Positions 12,301 to 39,350 of a DNA stretch of 64,000 nt are shown one piece after another. The notes below the pieces were generated by a model that did no database searches, was not told the origin of the DNA, and saw only the letters and a program-made list of their open reading frames with translations. The stretch is taken from NCBI GenBank assembly GCA_964234715.1, contig OZ174287.1; one strand, written 5' to 3'. The DNA comes from Podarcis melisellensis (taxonomy: Eukaryota). How positions within the stretch are numbered: the first letter of the stretch is position 1; every line of letters begins with the position of its first letter. The position numbers and the translations under genes are program-made.

Positions 12301-13030
12301 CCCTCTCTTCCAGTTCCATCAACTTTTCCTGTTCATCTCCCTTTTCAACCCTCTCTCCAGAATCTACATGGTCCTCTTCTACCAAATCCTCTTCTTTCCC
12401 GTGGTCCGGCCCTGCCAACTCCTCAGTCCAATTTCCCCCCATTTCTAGAACCATTTCACCCTCTCCAAGCAGTGTTTCTTCCTCATGAATAAATTCATGA
12501 GTCTCCTGCTGATCCATTCCTTTTCCAGTCTTCCCCTCAGCTTCCCTCTCGTCTGGGCTCCCAAAAACACTGGTTTCCTCCTGATTTGGTTCTCTTGACT
12601 CTTCAACTTCTTCTTTCTCTCTATTACTCTTAAGCTGAAGTTCCTCAAGAATCACTGTCTCCAACTCTTCTGCTTTTCTCAGATATGGTTCAATAATTTC
12701 CTCAGCCTCTTCCCCAGACATTCCTAATGCCACTTCTCTTTTCAGTGCATGCTCAGCCACCCCCCTATCCAGTTTTGCTAAGGGTCCAAATGTATCCTGG
12801 TCTGGTTCCATCAACTCTCCAGTAGTTGGTGCTTCATGTTCTTTTTCAGCCTCCTCTTCTGCCTCTGAGTCTTTAGCCTCTCCCTGTCCCACACCTGTCT
12901 CTGGAAACAATCCAGTTATCTTTCTCTCTGCCTCATTGGGAGGTCCTTCCACTGTGGTCTCTTCATTCACTACAGCCTCCTTTCCCTTCCTATCATCCTG
13001 TGCTTCAGCCTGCCCCTCCTCAGGCTCCAT
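9329..13030 (-). CDS. Giant Glu-rich ORF/exon (1,233 codons) in SRCAP intron 1; candidate alternative first coding exon of SRCAP or stand-alone acidic protein
   Basis: Uninterrupted ORF from ATG 13030 (gtcATGG, in-frame TGA upstream at 13048-13046). Its stop TAA overlaps a donor AAG|GTAACT (exon end 9333, phase 2). Confidence 0.8.
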   Translation of the reverse strand: MEPEEGQAEAQDDRKGKEAVVNEETTVEGPPNEAERKITGLFPETGVGQGEAKDSEAEEEAEKEHEAPTTGELMEPDQDTFGPLAKLDRGVAEHALKREVALGMSGEEAEEIIEPYLRKAEELETVILEELQLKSNREKEEVEESREPNQEETSVFGSPDEREAEGKTGKGMDQQETHEFIHEEETLLGEGEMVLEMGGNWTEELAGPDHGKEEDLVEEDHVDSGERVEKGDEQEKLMELEEREAEATVREDEAVGEAEKMPESVEVGESDKEGESTDNHGEMEELSGLGQGEILEVTGKEKDVAPAIDYEQTEKVPDVNERELEEVTAEEDAILARGEEELVGLGQGEIEVLTGEEEPVLGKREAEMTVGPGEEGLGEEIEREDRVSGVDQREAESMIVEGDLASSEGWGEVEDLVKSSRGEAEEVAPSMDQVKAEVLQEDLRGSELVIAEGEAGAAEEKAEHLVVASQEEVEGKTEKESMASTLDQGSPRIDEKQAEEVAAEKDVESVEDQKQVEDLAGISQGEIGSMVATVEEGEDKREAEVATSKRDVAFIEGEGLVVTSQVETEEVTVKEDMIHAALDVAEQVIGAAQRETEKMSAVGQEEGRKEAVGAPVRVAGSQEETGGQEEELVQSQEMGPGEEVKLGTSQEKVGELAEPEQRETKEQVGLDQGEAKQLGSTERVTREESREIREALFRDQSDTKVLVEPFQGPVVEVTSVGEIALTEQHQGTMGRKVSSQEKTLVWSPELEEQLGGPTQEMAGVPSREGILSQRAKPSEEDTRVTWLASDTNLAQGQVETSLKVAELNKSGSSVLSSHLSQRTAIGSQEERRKLKGKIISGLAGLRQGPILVPHQGATRSCGFRRGVLEHRAPGLIVTSLTAMARQKGMIKEARTQLGKDELDQRETRSAELRSRAIRVKVGEPVVMMGYRIGREGMSCFSEADNRIESFQQVPVMEEAGKGFDQTPAEPQRQEQIVKELEILAKDVDDRARQHPEGMYLPWLGRPLTQDYSTIRPGSGWTAGLGSGHGLSLGPLRAGIKERINMMVTGQGAVKSAGPSPEPPVSGMGRRVYGLTSHSANVHWLKDVLGSKQTVSRLSVTVHGSKADSPDSMAERRSPGLLTGKQELKDWRDGVMGIAIKRYNAMRRAMWGEGPAGLHVKGVKVAESPIDTIPLSSVKTSSILGQVEQRALRLAQHVEGEAVSGLEVEGQGLAERLKQDMEPAGSGQGGRITR

Positions 13031-13399
13031 GACCACATTAACCTTTCACTTATTTCTGGTCTGGTTTCTTGCAAAACTTTGATGGCGCTAAGTAACTGCA
13101 ACCCCTTCCCAACTTTTCAAGTATTATCACTAGCCACCCAAACCCTAGAGCAGTGCAACTGCTCAAGTCCCAGATGATACCCTAATACCCTTTGAACTTG
13201 CCACCATTTCTTAGAACCCTTGCGCCCCGCTAAAAATCAATCCTTGTACTCGCAATCCTGCATTTATTCATTCATTGCACCCTAATCACAAGCGATTCCC
13301 CCTCTGACGCCTAGTTTCTTTCTTTTTCAGCACAAGTTCGATGCCCTTTGATTTCCCCCCACCCTTTAACCCCTTTGTCACCCTTTCCCTCCCACCTTT

Positions 13400-14820
13400 T
13401 CCCTTTGACCCCTTGACCCCGCCCCGGTTTCCCCCAAAACCCTCCCTCCCTCCCTCGCCCTCCCGCCCTAGTCCCCCGAGAATCCCCGCTCGCCCCTCCC
13501 CCACCCGCTGAGAAGTAGGCGGCCGTTGGTTGGTCGGTTTCGCGGCGCGCGAGGAAACGAGGTGACGGGAGGGGCGGGAGGGCGATAGGTGAAGTAATAA
13601 TAGGCCAGCATTGAGAGCGGCCGTTGGCTGGGTAAGCGCGTGCGGCTCCCACATTGGCTCCTTTCTCTTATTTCCCGCCCCACCACTCTCCATTAGTGCG
13701 CCCTCTATAGGTAGGGGAGGGAAATGACCGATGGAAGAGAGGAAGGTTCGGGGGAGGTAAAAGGCCGCGCGCGCGCGCGACCCCCGGCAACCAGGCACAC
13801 GCGCGCGCTCTTATCTGTTTCCTCACTTTTCCCTCCCGACTCGAAGCAGAGACTTGCACCCCTCCAGGGAGGTGGGTGTGAGCGAGAGGAGTAGAGCCCC
13901 GGCCGGTCCGCCATCTTACCTGGGTGGGAGGGGGGAGGAGTGAGGAGGGAGGGGAGGCGCCTCCTGCCCCGCCTCCTCCTGCCGCCGCCTCAGCCCCAGC
14001 GCCGCCGCCTCGGCCGGAGAGAATCCGCCGCCATCCGCGGCCCCCAGGCCTCTCCCGAGCGACTTCTCCCTTTGCGCGGCCTTCGCCGGTGCTCCTCGGC
14101 GCGTCGCCCACCCCTCCCACCCGGATGCTGATCCCTAACCAGGCCCCGCCGAGCCAGACCCGACCCGCCGCGGCAAAATGGCGGCCGCCACCACCAAGCG
14201 CCAGGGCCAGCCCCTCCCTCCTCCCACCGCTCCCTCCACCCGCCGGCCTCGGCGCTTAAGTCTCGCGAGAGCTCGGGTAACGCGAAGGAGGGTGTGCGTG
14301 CGTGGAGAAAGAGAAAAGAAACTCAAACCCAAAGTGTCTCACAGGCGCGTCGCGCGGGAGGACGGCGTCCCGGCGAGAGGCCGCGAGCCAGAAGAATTGC
14401 GGAAGGCGGCGCTCTTCTCCCTCACAATCAGATAGAGCGGGATGCGGGACTGCGAGCCCGCGGGGCGAGGGAAAGGCCATCGCGAGTGAAGGGCATGCTG
14501 GGAAATGGAGTCCTGGGGGATGCTGGGGGTTGGAGTCTCCCTCTCTCTCTCGGACGGAGGGAGGGAGGACTTGATTTGTCTTTCCTCAAAAATTCTTCCA
14601 ATTGTTCGCTGGGCGGGCTGGCGCGACCATTCGAAGGTGCTCAAAACAAGATGCACGTCGCGCTTATGAATGGGAAGAGGCAGCTTTGGCTGGTGAAAAC
14701 ATGCACTTCCCCTAGGACTCGCAGATACTTCGGATGCGACTTTGAAAGTCAGGAAAGTTTCAATGAATATTGTTTACATGGGAGGGTGCTCGCACCGTCG
14801 CGCGAAACGAGGTTGACAAG
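13400..14820 (-). promoter_or_regulatory. CpG-island promoter and non-coding exon 1 of SRCAP
   Basis: Dense CpG; exon 1 donor CAG|GTAAGA at 13920; YY1-type motifs AAAATGGCGG (+, ~14175) and AAGATGGCGG (-, ~13908-13917); CCAAT on - at ~13652. Confidence 0.85.
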
Positions 14821-16043
14821 ACGTTGTTGACAACATTTCGAGCTCACTTCAAAACTTCCAGTGCACTGACTTTACAGGTCATAAATCTGCATTGGGAACT
14901 CCAGAGCTTCAATGAGTTCTGAGTTTGAAACCATGATTTCTCCAAAGGGAACAAATTCCAAATTTTGACGTTAGATGCAAAAGTGGGCCTGGCTAACTTG
15001 GCAAAGGAAGGGGGAAAAACTCATTGGCGTTTAAAGCAAATATGAAAGCTATTTCAAAACCAGTATTTTCATTTTAGATGTAGTATAGACCTTTTCATGT
15101 TCACGTGGTCGAGGCAATAATCCTACACACACAGTTGGCAGTAAACTCTATTGAACTTAATGGATGTTACTTTTGAATAAGCATTTTAGGTTCATGCTAA
15201 AGCCTTCAGCTACCTGCTTATAAACTCATTTTTACCTGCTCTTAATTATGTTTTTTATTACCGTATTTATTGCTTTGATAACTGTAAGTCATAGTTAATT
15301 TCTAAATAAAATAAGGGGACGACGCTTACAAATATTTGCTCTTCTTCACTTCCATTCTAGATAGATGGCTCAGGATTGGGCCTGTCCAACAAACATAAAA
15401 CAATGGGGACAGAGACAGACTATATAATGCAATGTCTACTTGACTTAATATGCAAGAGGCCTATATTCCAGTCCTACCTCTGCCATTGACTAATTGGCTG
15501 CAGTTGAATAAACAAATACTAATGGCTAGCTAGGACACCCTCCCACTTATTCTGAGGGTAAACCAAGTTAATGCTGCAGTCCTAAACACACAGGGATTTT
15601 TAGCAAAATTGTAGCTATATCAAGTACTAGCATCTTTGATCAAGCCAATTTGTAAGTGAATATATGGCAACTTTTAATTTATTTAAACAACTATTCTGTG
15701 TAGCAGGAATAGCTAACCTGCAGCCCACAGGATGTATCCAGCCCCCTCCCCAAGATTCCTCTGTATTTGTCATTATTAAATTGTAAAAAAAACATTTTTA
15801 TTAACTCCTTCCGTAGGTCCCACTGTCATAAGTGATGACAAGAGAGTGAGTGTCTGTCCATTGTCGCCCCCCTCCCCACAAGATATTAAAAAGGATGCAT
15901 GAACCCATGGAAGTTTTGGACTTCTGGATTGGAGTGCTGCTTGGTAAGTTTGTGTGTGTGCTGTTTAAAAAAACCAGTTAAATCTAAACTGATAGCCATA
16001 TAATGTTGCCTTACATTTAAGTCAAACTATAGGTCTATCATGA

Positions 16044-16397
16044 GGGACGTGGGTGGCGCTGTGGGTTAAATCACAGAGCCTAGGAATTGCTGATCAGAAG
16101 GTCGGCGGTCCGAATCCCTGTGACGGGGTGAGCTCCTGTTGCTCGGTTCCTGCTCCTGCCCACCTAGCAGTTCGAAAGCACGTCAAAGTGCAAGTAGATA
16201 AAATAGGTACCACTCCAGCGGGAAGGTAAACAGTGTTTCCGTGCGCTGCTCTGGTTTGCCAGAAGCGGCTTAGTTAGGCTGGCCACATGACCCAGAAGCT
16301 GTACGCCAGCTCCCTCTGCCAATAAAGCGAGATGAGCGCTGCAACCCCAGAGTCGGCCACGACTGGACCTAATGGTCAGGGGTCCCTTTACCTTTAC
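16044..16397 (+). mobile_element. Full-length Sauria SINE (Squam1)
   Basis: Head GGGACGTGGGTGGCGCTGTGGG, internal GTGCAAGTAGATAAATAGGTACC, CCTTTA-repeat tail; 13-bp TSD AGGTCTA(T/G)CATGA at 16031-16043 and 16398-16410. Confidence 0.93.
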
Positions 16398-19273
16398 AGG
16401 TCTAGCATGAGCTAAAGCATTAGTTTTCTATCACTGCTGTACGTAGCTCCGCTTGTTGCAGACACAAATGCAAGCTTTGGAGATTGTGTTCTGGAACTAG
16501 ATTCTTCTGTTCTTAAAACAATTCATTAAAATGCCTTCATCTGTGACATGTTTCTTTCAGATAACTTATTTTCATGATAAAAGGGGGGAAAGCCACACAT
16601 TCCACGAATGACATCCAGTTCTGAAGGAACAAATAGAAACATATGTAGAACTCCTGAGGATGTATTATGAGGACAACACCTCAGAAGGTTTTTACCAAGG
16701 GTTTATAAAATCATTTTCACTATACAATAAATTGTCATAGGATGGTATCCAATTTTAGTCACACTTAGAACAGGGTCAGTTAAATCAATAGACCTAATTT
16801 GGGACTAGGTTGAAATCTGTGTTGGGGGTCTAGAAATCTCAGTGGATATTCAACCCGGAAATAATTTTTATCTTTTGTTATCAACACCACTGAGTTTAAA
16901 GAGGATGTACAGTTTAAGATGCAATACTTACTTGGGAGTAAGTCCCATTGAATTAGGACTGTAGTATTAGGAGCTTCGGGATGTTCGCATGGCAATTAAA
17001 AAAACCCGTGGAAACCTCTTGTTTTAACTTTTTTCACAAGTATTACTTTTGAGACCAGAAATTGTGTTATTGGGAATATTTTGGCAACATATTATGAAAG
17101 CATCAATATTTACTAAATAATCTACGTTTTACAGTGCATATTCTGATTACAAAATATGGGAAGAGTCAGTTTGCCTACTCTAAAGGACTGGCTCCCATTT
17201 GACAAAGGTCAGTTAACAGTAAAAATCACTTGCTATAAACTACTACAGGGATTCTGTTTTTTGGACAATTGGGAACCTTTATTGATCTACCAGTTTTTTT
17301 TAAAAAAAAATCATACAAAACAGCTCATCAAGAATATTGGACATTAGAGATCCATCTCAGTCTTCTGGATAATTCTGTACCACCCCAAAGAGATCATGTA
17401 TCTTTGTGTGTTAAAGATATAAAAATAAACCCATTTTAAAAAGCTGGGAGATACAATCCCAAATTAGATTGAAAACTGCAGGATTCCTGATTTCCTAAAA
17501 GCTTTTGCCACCCAATTCAATTTGTGAATTTGTAAACAGTGGAGTATAAAAGGCAAGAGTAAGGACTACTACACTTTTCCAATACTTCATGTTTCAGACC
17601 TGAGCCTCAGTCCAAACTGAACCAGGCATGTAGGTGGGTTTTTTTGTTTGTTTTTATGTATAAAAAATAAAAGTAACCTAGCATATAGCATTTGGCTAGT
17701 TGCACTGATTTCTGCAAAACTGATCCCTGCATCACCTCCTAGAACATGATAAAATCTCTAAATCTGTGGCTTGGCAGTGGAAAGAAATGTTCATTCTTAT
17801 TAAGGTGGTTTTAAAAGAGACTTTGGATTCCATTCATTGTCACTCCAGATTCTTTGCTCCCTCCTGGTTGGAAAGAGACAGTACCAAACATTTAGACTAC
17901 TAGAAAGCAGAAAAGTACAAAGCAAACTTCACAGACAAGAAACTTTCAATTTTACCTACCTCTTCCATCCTATTCTTATCACAGAGATTAAAAAATTGCT
18001 GCAATGGAGAACTGTTGTGAAATACAAGTAGTATAAACCAAATAATATATATGTCACTTATGTAATCATGGCCATTCAGTGTTTAGTGAGAGTTCCCCCT
18101 TTTTTCCAAGGGATTGCAATGAACAATATGTGGCTTTTGAAGTGAGAATGGAGAAAAATAAGGGTGCAACCTGGTAGTAGTCCCAGCCAGGCTCGTTTCT
18201 GGCTGTAATGCCACATCTTTTATCACTTTCCCCCAGATTCTACCAAACAGCCTAGGGCATTAAGATAGGGTTACCAGATGTCCCCATTTCCCAGAGACAC
18301 TCCCCGGATTTACAAATCAGTCCCCATACAAAATCCATTGAAGTTGAAAAGTGTCTCCAGATTCATTGAAAAAAATTGTAACCTTACGTTAAGGAGTTGG
18401 AAGGGATGTGAAGCAAAACTCCAGAATCAGAGATCTCAGGCTGGTGATAGCCAGGGGATTTCCCCAATGGCAACAATTCCACACTGCCAGCTTAGTTTTA
18501 TAATATACCAGGACGGTACAGGATTTGGAGATGTCTGCCCCTTCTGTGTACTTTCTCAACATTAGGAAGTGTTTGTGGTAGAGGTGTCGAAGACTGACAA
18601 CTACTGGTTTGAAAGCGGATTATGGATGGGTCCCTTGCCATAAACAACTAGGCTACGAGCAGCATCAATGGCCTACTTCCTCCTCTACTCATTTGGCATG
18701 ATTTATCATACTAGGGCAACTCATAATAATGAGAATCCAGCCTTTAGGGTAAAAAGAGAAATCCTTAGGGCTTTTAGTGCTGCTTAGAGCAACAATCAAA
18801 TCTAGCTCAGTGTTCAATAGTTGCTAGCAAAGTGAGATCCCACACTTGGGCGGGGAAACCTCTGGGTATGACTGGTAGGGGTTACCTGTAGACCTGCCCA
18901 AATTTACCTTAGTGTCTTGGCATGGCTTATAGCAATGCAAAGTGAGAGGCACCAAAACATACTTTGTCCCAACTTCAAAGGAGTTCCGAAGTCTGTCATG
19001 CAGGTATCTTGGACCATTTGATTTTGCCCAACTCCCTGGCAGGTGTTAGCTTTTAAATGGGCATTTCTTAAGTTGCTCTCTGGGGTGTGGGATCATGCTT
19101 TGGAGAAAGGGCTTTGTCTGCTGGGCTCTAAGTCTAGGACTTGTGCAGGAACGATTAACGGTGGAGGCAGGAAAATGGAAAACCCACTTTCAATTTCAGG
19201 CAGCCACTCGCACTGGTTTATCACTCTGTCCCTAAAGCAAAAGGGTGAGGGAAGAGGGAGATGAAAATGAGGC

Positions 19274-19279
19274 TTTATT
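19274..19279 (-). terminator. Probable FBRS polyadenylation signal
   Basis: AATAAA on - strand ~1.2 kb after the stop, following AU-rich 3'UTR elements near 19900-19960. Confidence 0.6.
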
Positions 19280-20471
19280 TCTCTTCCAAAGCAAAAACAC
19301 TGTTGACGCCAAAGTGTTTCACCTCCTGTAAAACCAGTGTCCTACTTCCATACCGTCACAATTGCTCTGGAGATGTGATGCTTGTGGGGGAATCTTGATC
19401 AAATAGTGTACAGTTTGGTTCCAAGTCTTGTTCCCTTTCATCTTTTAAAGGGCTACAAAAATTATACTCGTCCAGGGTGCCAGCCTCCCTTTCCCAGAGC
19501 TCCAGTTTTAATCGAATAGTGTCCTGCTTGCAAGAGATGGGGCTAAACACCCAGGATTCAAGTGAGAAAGATTGTAGAAGTCTTGTGCTTTCCCCTCCTC
19601 TTCCTCCTGCCCTCCTTCCCGCCAGCCACCCAAAGACACACGCACACACCGAGGAATCCAGAAGCACCAGTTTGGGGTTTAATTAACCAACCTGGGGAAG
19701 AAAAGGGGCACTGGACAAGTGCATTGCACCCTCCTCACTGCACCTTTCCGAAGAGTTACAGAAGGAGGAAAGGGACCGGGAGGTGGAGAGGGTGCGGATA
19801 CAGGTATAGAAAAGAGCAGTACAGTAAAAACAAGGGGAGCCGTGGGGGGAGGACAGGAGAAGAGGGAGAAGTCACTTTTAAAATCACAATCTCAAACCTT
19901 TTATAAATGTACAAAAAAACCTTTTCCCCCACCTGCTTGGGGCAGAATATATAAATATTTACACTGCCTGGCAGGGGGAGGTGCCCCAAGATACAGCCCT
20001 CCCCCTTCCCCTGAAAGCAGCTTTCCCATCAGTCCATTGAGGGAGAAGAACACGCCCCAGAGCCATTTCAGCCCAGCAGGAATACTGGAAGCAGACACAA
20101 AACCTGTTAGGAAGAGGGATCTGGGAAGAAACCGGGACCCAAAACCGGGGCACACCAGCCCCTCGACTCCTGCCCTCCCTCCGCCACAAACACCTCTAAA
20201 ACAGAGACATCACACCCCGTATCTCTTAAGCCCCAACCTGAGCTTGGAAGAGGTTCCAACTATTCATAGCTGAAGGAGGCGAAAGTCCTTCTGGGAGGGG
20301 TGGCTGGGTGCTCCTCAGGTTAAGGCAGCAGGAAGCTGCACTCTTATCCCTGCCTGACAGGAAGGGGATGGGGGGCTCGGTTTCTCTGCCCAGGGCTCAC
20401 GCTGACCCCACCAGTCCACTGGAGACAAGGGAAGCTGCTTGATAGAGGTGCGCACATGTCCCAGAGCACCA

Positions 20472-37011
<16,540 letters not shown>

Positions 37012-37668
37012 GGTTCCCCCCTTGAGGTACAGAGAATGTGTCGTGTTGTGTCCTGTGGATACTGCAGACACGCAAGGAGGTGGGGGGGGGGACACTCTTC
37101 ACCCTTCCCCAGCCAGTTGCATTGCAGCTGCTCTCAACTGAGCCCTTGTTCTTCCACAGATGCCACTTGGAAAAGCAAGAACGAGGCTCCCCTCTTCTTT
37201 TCCGTAAAAAAAGGGGGTTTGTATTTCGTGGCCAAAACAAAAAATCCTTGGCCTTTACACCTTACAGTTGTCAGCAACCTTTCCTTGATTTACATTTAGA
37301 GAGCCCACTCAACACAAGAGGATCCTCTTTGCTCTGGGAAAGTCAAAGCCACTCTCCTTTCATTCAAGTTTAATTCCCTCTCAAGTGACAGGGATGGCAA
37401 CTTCTGTTTTTTTTCTGCTTGTTTTTGGTCTTTGCCTTAAAGGCAAGACCATTAAATTAAAAAGAATTAAATACTTTCAACATAGAACTCTAAGACGCGG
37501 AAGGTGATCCAATAACTTTTTCTTCCTTTACATAAAATCAGCCCCTGCCAGTGCACAGAGATCTCTCTAACATGGAGCCTCCTGTTTGGGTGAGGAAGGA
37601 AATCTGTCAAAACACCCTCGCCTTGGACAAGGGTTTTACATCCCTCCAACTGTGACACAGTGTGCCTT

Positions 37669-37670
<2 letters not shown>

Positions 37671-37709
<39 letters not shown>
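37671..37709. repeat. (AT)n microsatellite upstream of the FBRS ATG
   Basis: About 19 perfect units. Confidence 0.95.
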
Positions 37710-37712
<3 letters not shown>

Positions 37713-37799
37713 TGTTTGTAAAATCCAATTTTAAAACAAACCCCAGCGCATGGCAACTTTCTTGCAGGTTGAAGGAAGCCTTTGCTTTAAGTGCCTATC

Positions 37800-39350
37800 T
37801 GTGTGGGTTGTTTTTTTCCGAAGATGAACCGCGGAACTGTCACTTTCGACTTTCCCTCAGGGGAATTGGGGGTTCGCCCCCGACGGAGCTGCCAGCCTGG
37901 GCAGCCTCCCCTTTAAGACTGCGGAGGTGGCTCCTGCCAACAATGGCAAGCGGCTTCCGCCCAGAGGGCAACTCACTTCCTCCGCTCGGCCGAGGGCTCC
38001 CCGCGAGGGAAGCGGCTCCGCGGGGCCATCTCTTCTTCTTCCTCTTCTGCTTTCCCGGGAAGCGACACCTTCTTCCTCCTCCTCCTCGCGAACCTCCGGC
38101 CTCCCGGATTCCTCCCACAGGGTGTGACCTTGCTTTTAAGGGTCCGGATCTCTGTGTCTCAATTTCCCCTTTAAGGGTGTTCGATTTTGAGTCCGCCACA
38201 CATTTCCTGCCAAAGCATGGCCTCCCCTTTAAGAATGTGGATTTAAAGTTCTCCCTTGTCAGGCACCGACTCTCCCAACGACCGGAATGAAAAGCCCTCC
38301 GAGCATTTCTCTTTCCTCCTTGTCAGCTTGCGCTGCCCTTTAAGGATCCAGCGTTCAAGGTCCTCCGGAGAAACCCGAATTTCACCTTTAAGGGCCACCC
38401 CTCCCTCTCAGCCACAATGAGGGCCCGAGAAGAACTCCCCTTTAAGAGGGCCGAGCTCCCTTTAAATCCATTGACAGGCGCTGGCGGTTGGAGGGGGGGG
38501 TTGTTGTCCTCCGGCTGAAAGTGCCCCCTCTTCTCGCGGCCCCCCCAAGCTGTCCCTTTAAGAGCGCCGGCCGTTGAGGGGGCTTTTCAACTCACCCCAC
38601 CTTTTCGCCTACGTCCAGGCTCGCGGCAAGCGGCCCCGCGAGCCCCTGGCGCTGATTGGCTGCGAGGCTGGTACCCTCCGCTATCGTCGCGGCCCCCCCA
38701 CAGCTGATTGGCCGAAGCGGTGAGGTGAGTAAGGATGGGGGAGGGGTGGCTGGCTGGCTGGCAGGGTCCGGCTGCAGGGAGGGAGGCCGGCAGGCGGGCT
38801 GGCGTGGCGCTGCCGTCCCCCTCGCGCCTGGGTGGGGGGCCCTCTCGGCTGGCCGTCCTTTGCCCCCTCCCCGCTCCGTCTCCGCGGCTGCCCCCCGACT
38901 CTCCCTCTCCCTCTAGCAGCCTCTGCCGGATCCCCTTCGTCTCTGCGCACGGCACGCAACTCCTCCCACAGCGTCATATCCCTCCGCCCTCTGCGTTGAT
39001 GGCACCATTTAAAAAATCCCTCCGCTGGAAAAAGAAAAGGAAATAGTCCCTTCGGTTAGCCTCTGTTTCCGCCCACCCGCCCCTTGGAGACTGTTCGAGG
39101 TGGAGGGTGTTCCCTTAAACCAACACCCCCGCCTTCAGAGTCACTTCCGTCCTCCGCAGGGTGACGTCATGGTTTCACGGAGACAAACGTGATGCAATGA
39201 TGTCATACTTTCTTCGCAGCAACCTCGCACGGTGATGTTATAACGCCAGCGCGTGATGTCATAGGGCTCGGCGCCACACGCCTCTGCTGTAGCAGACCCT
39301 TGAGGACGAAGGAGAACTTGATGACGTCACAACACTACCATGTGATGCCA
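37800..39350 (-). promoter_or_regulatory. CpG-island promoter/5' region of FBRS
   Basis: CpG-rich; two CTGATTGGC (CCAAT) boxes at ~38652 and ~38704; GC box at ~39076; ETS CTTCC at ~39144; CRE/ATF cluster 39162-39350; candidate donor GG|GTGAGT at 38596. Confidence 0.8.

Noticed and set aside
13668-14830. Several 100-180-aa ORFs in the SRCAP CpG island
   Set aside because: Low-complexity, stop-poor GC-rich DNA; the long exon 1 ORF hits a stop when spliced to exon 2.
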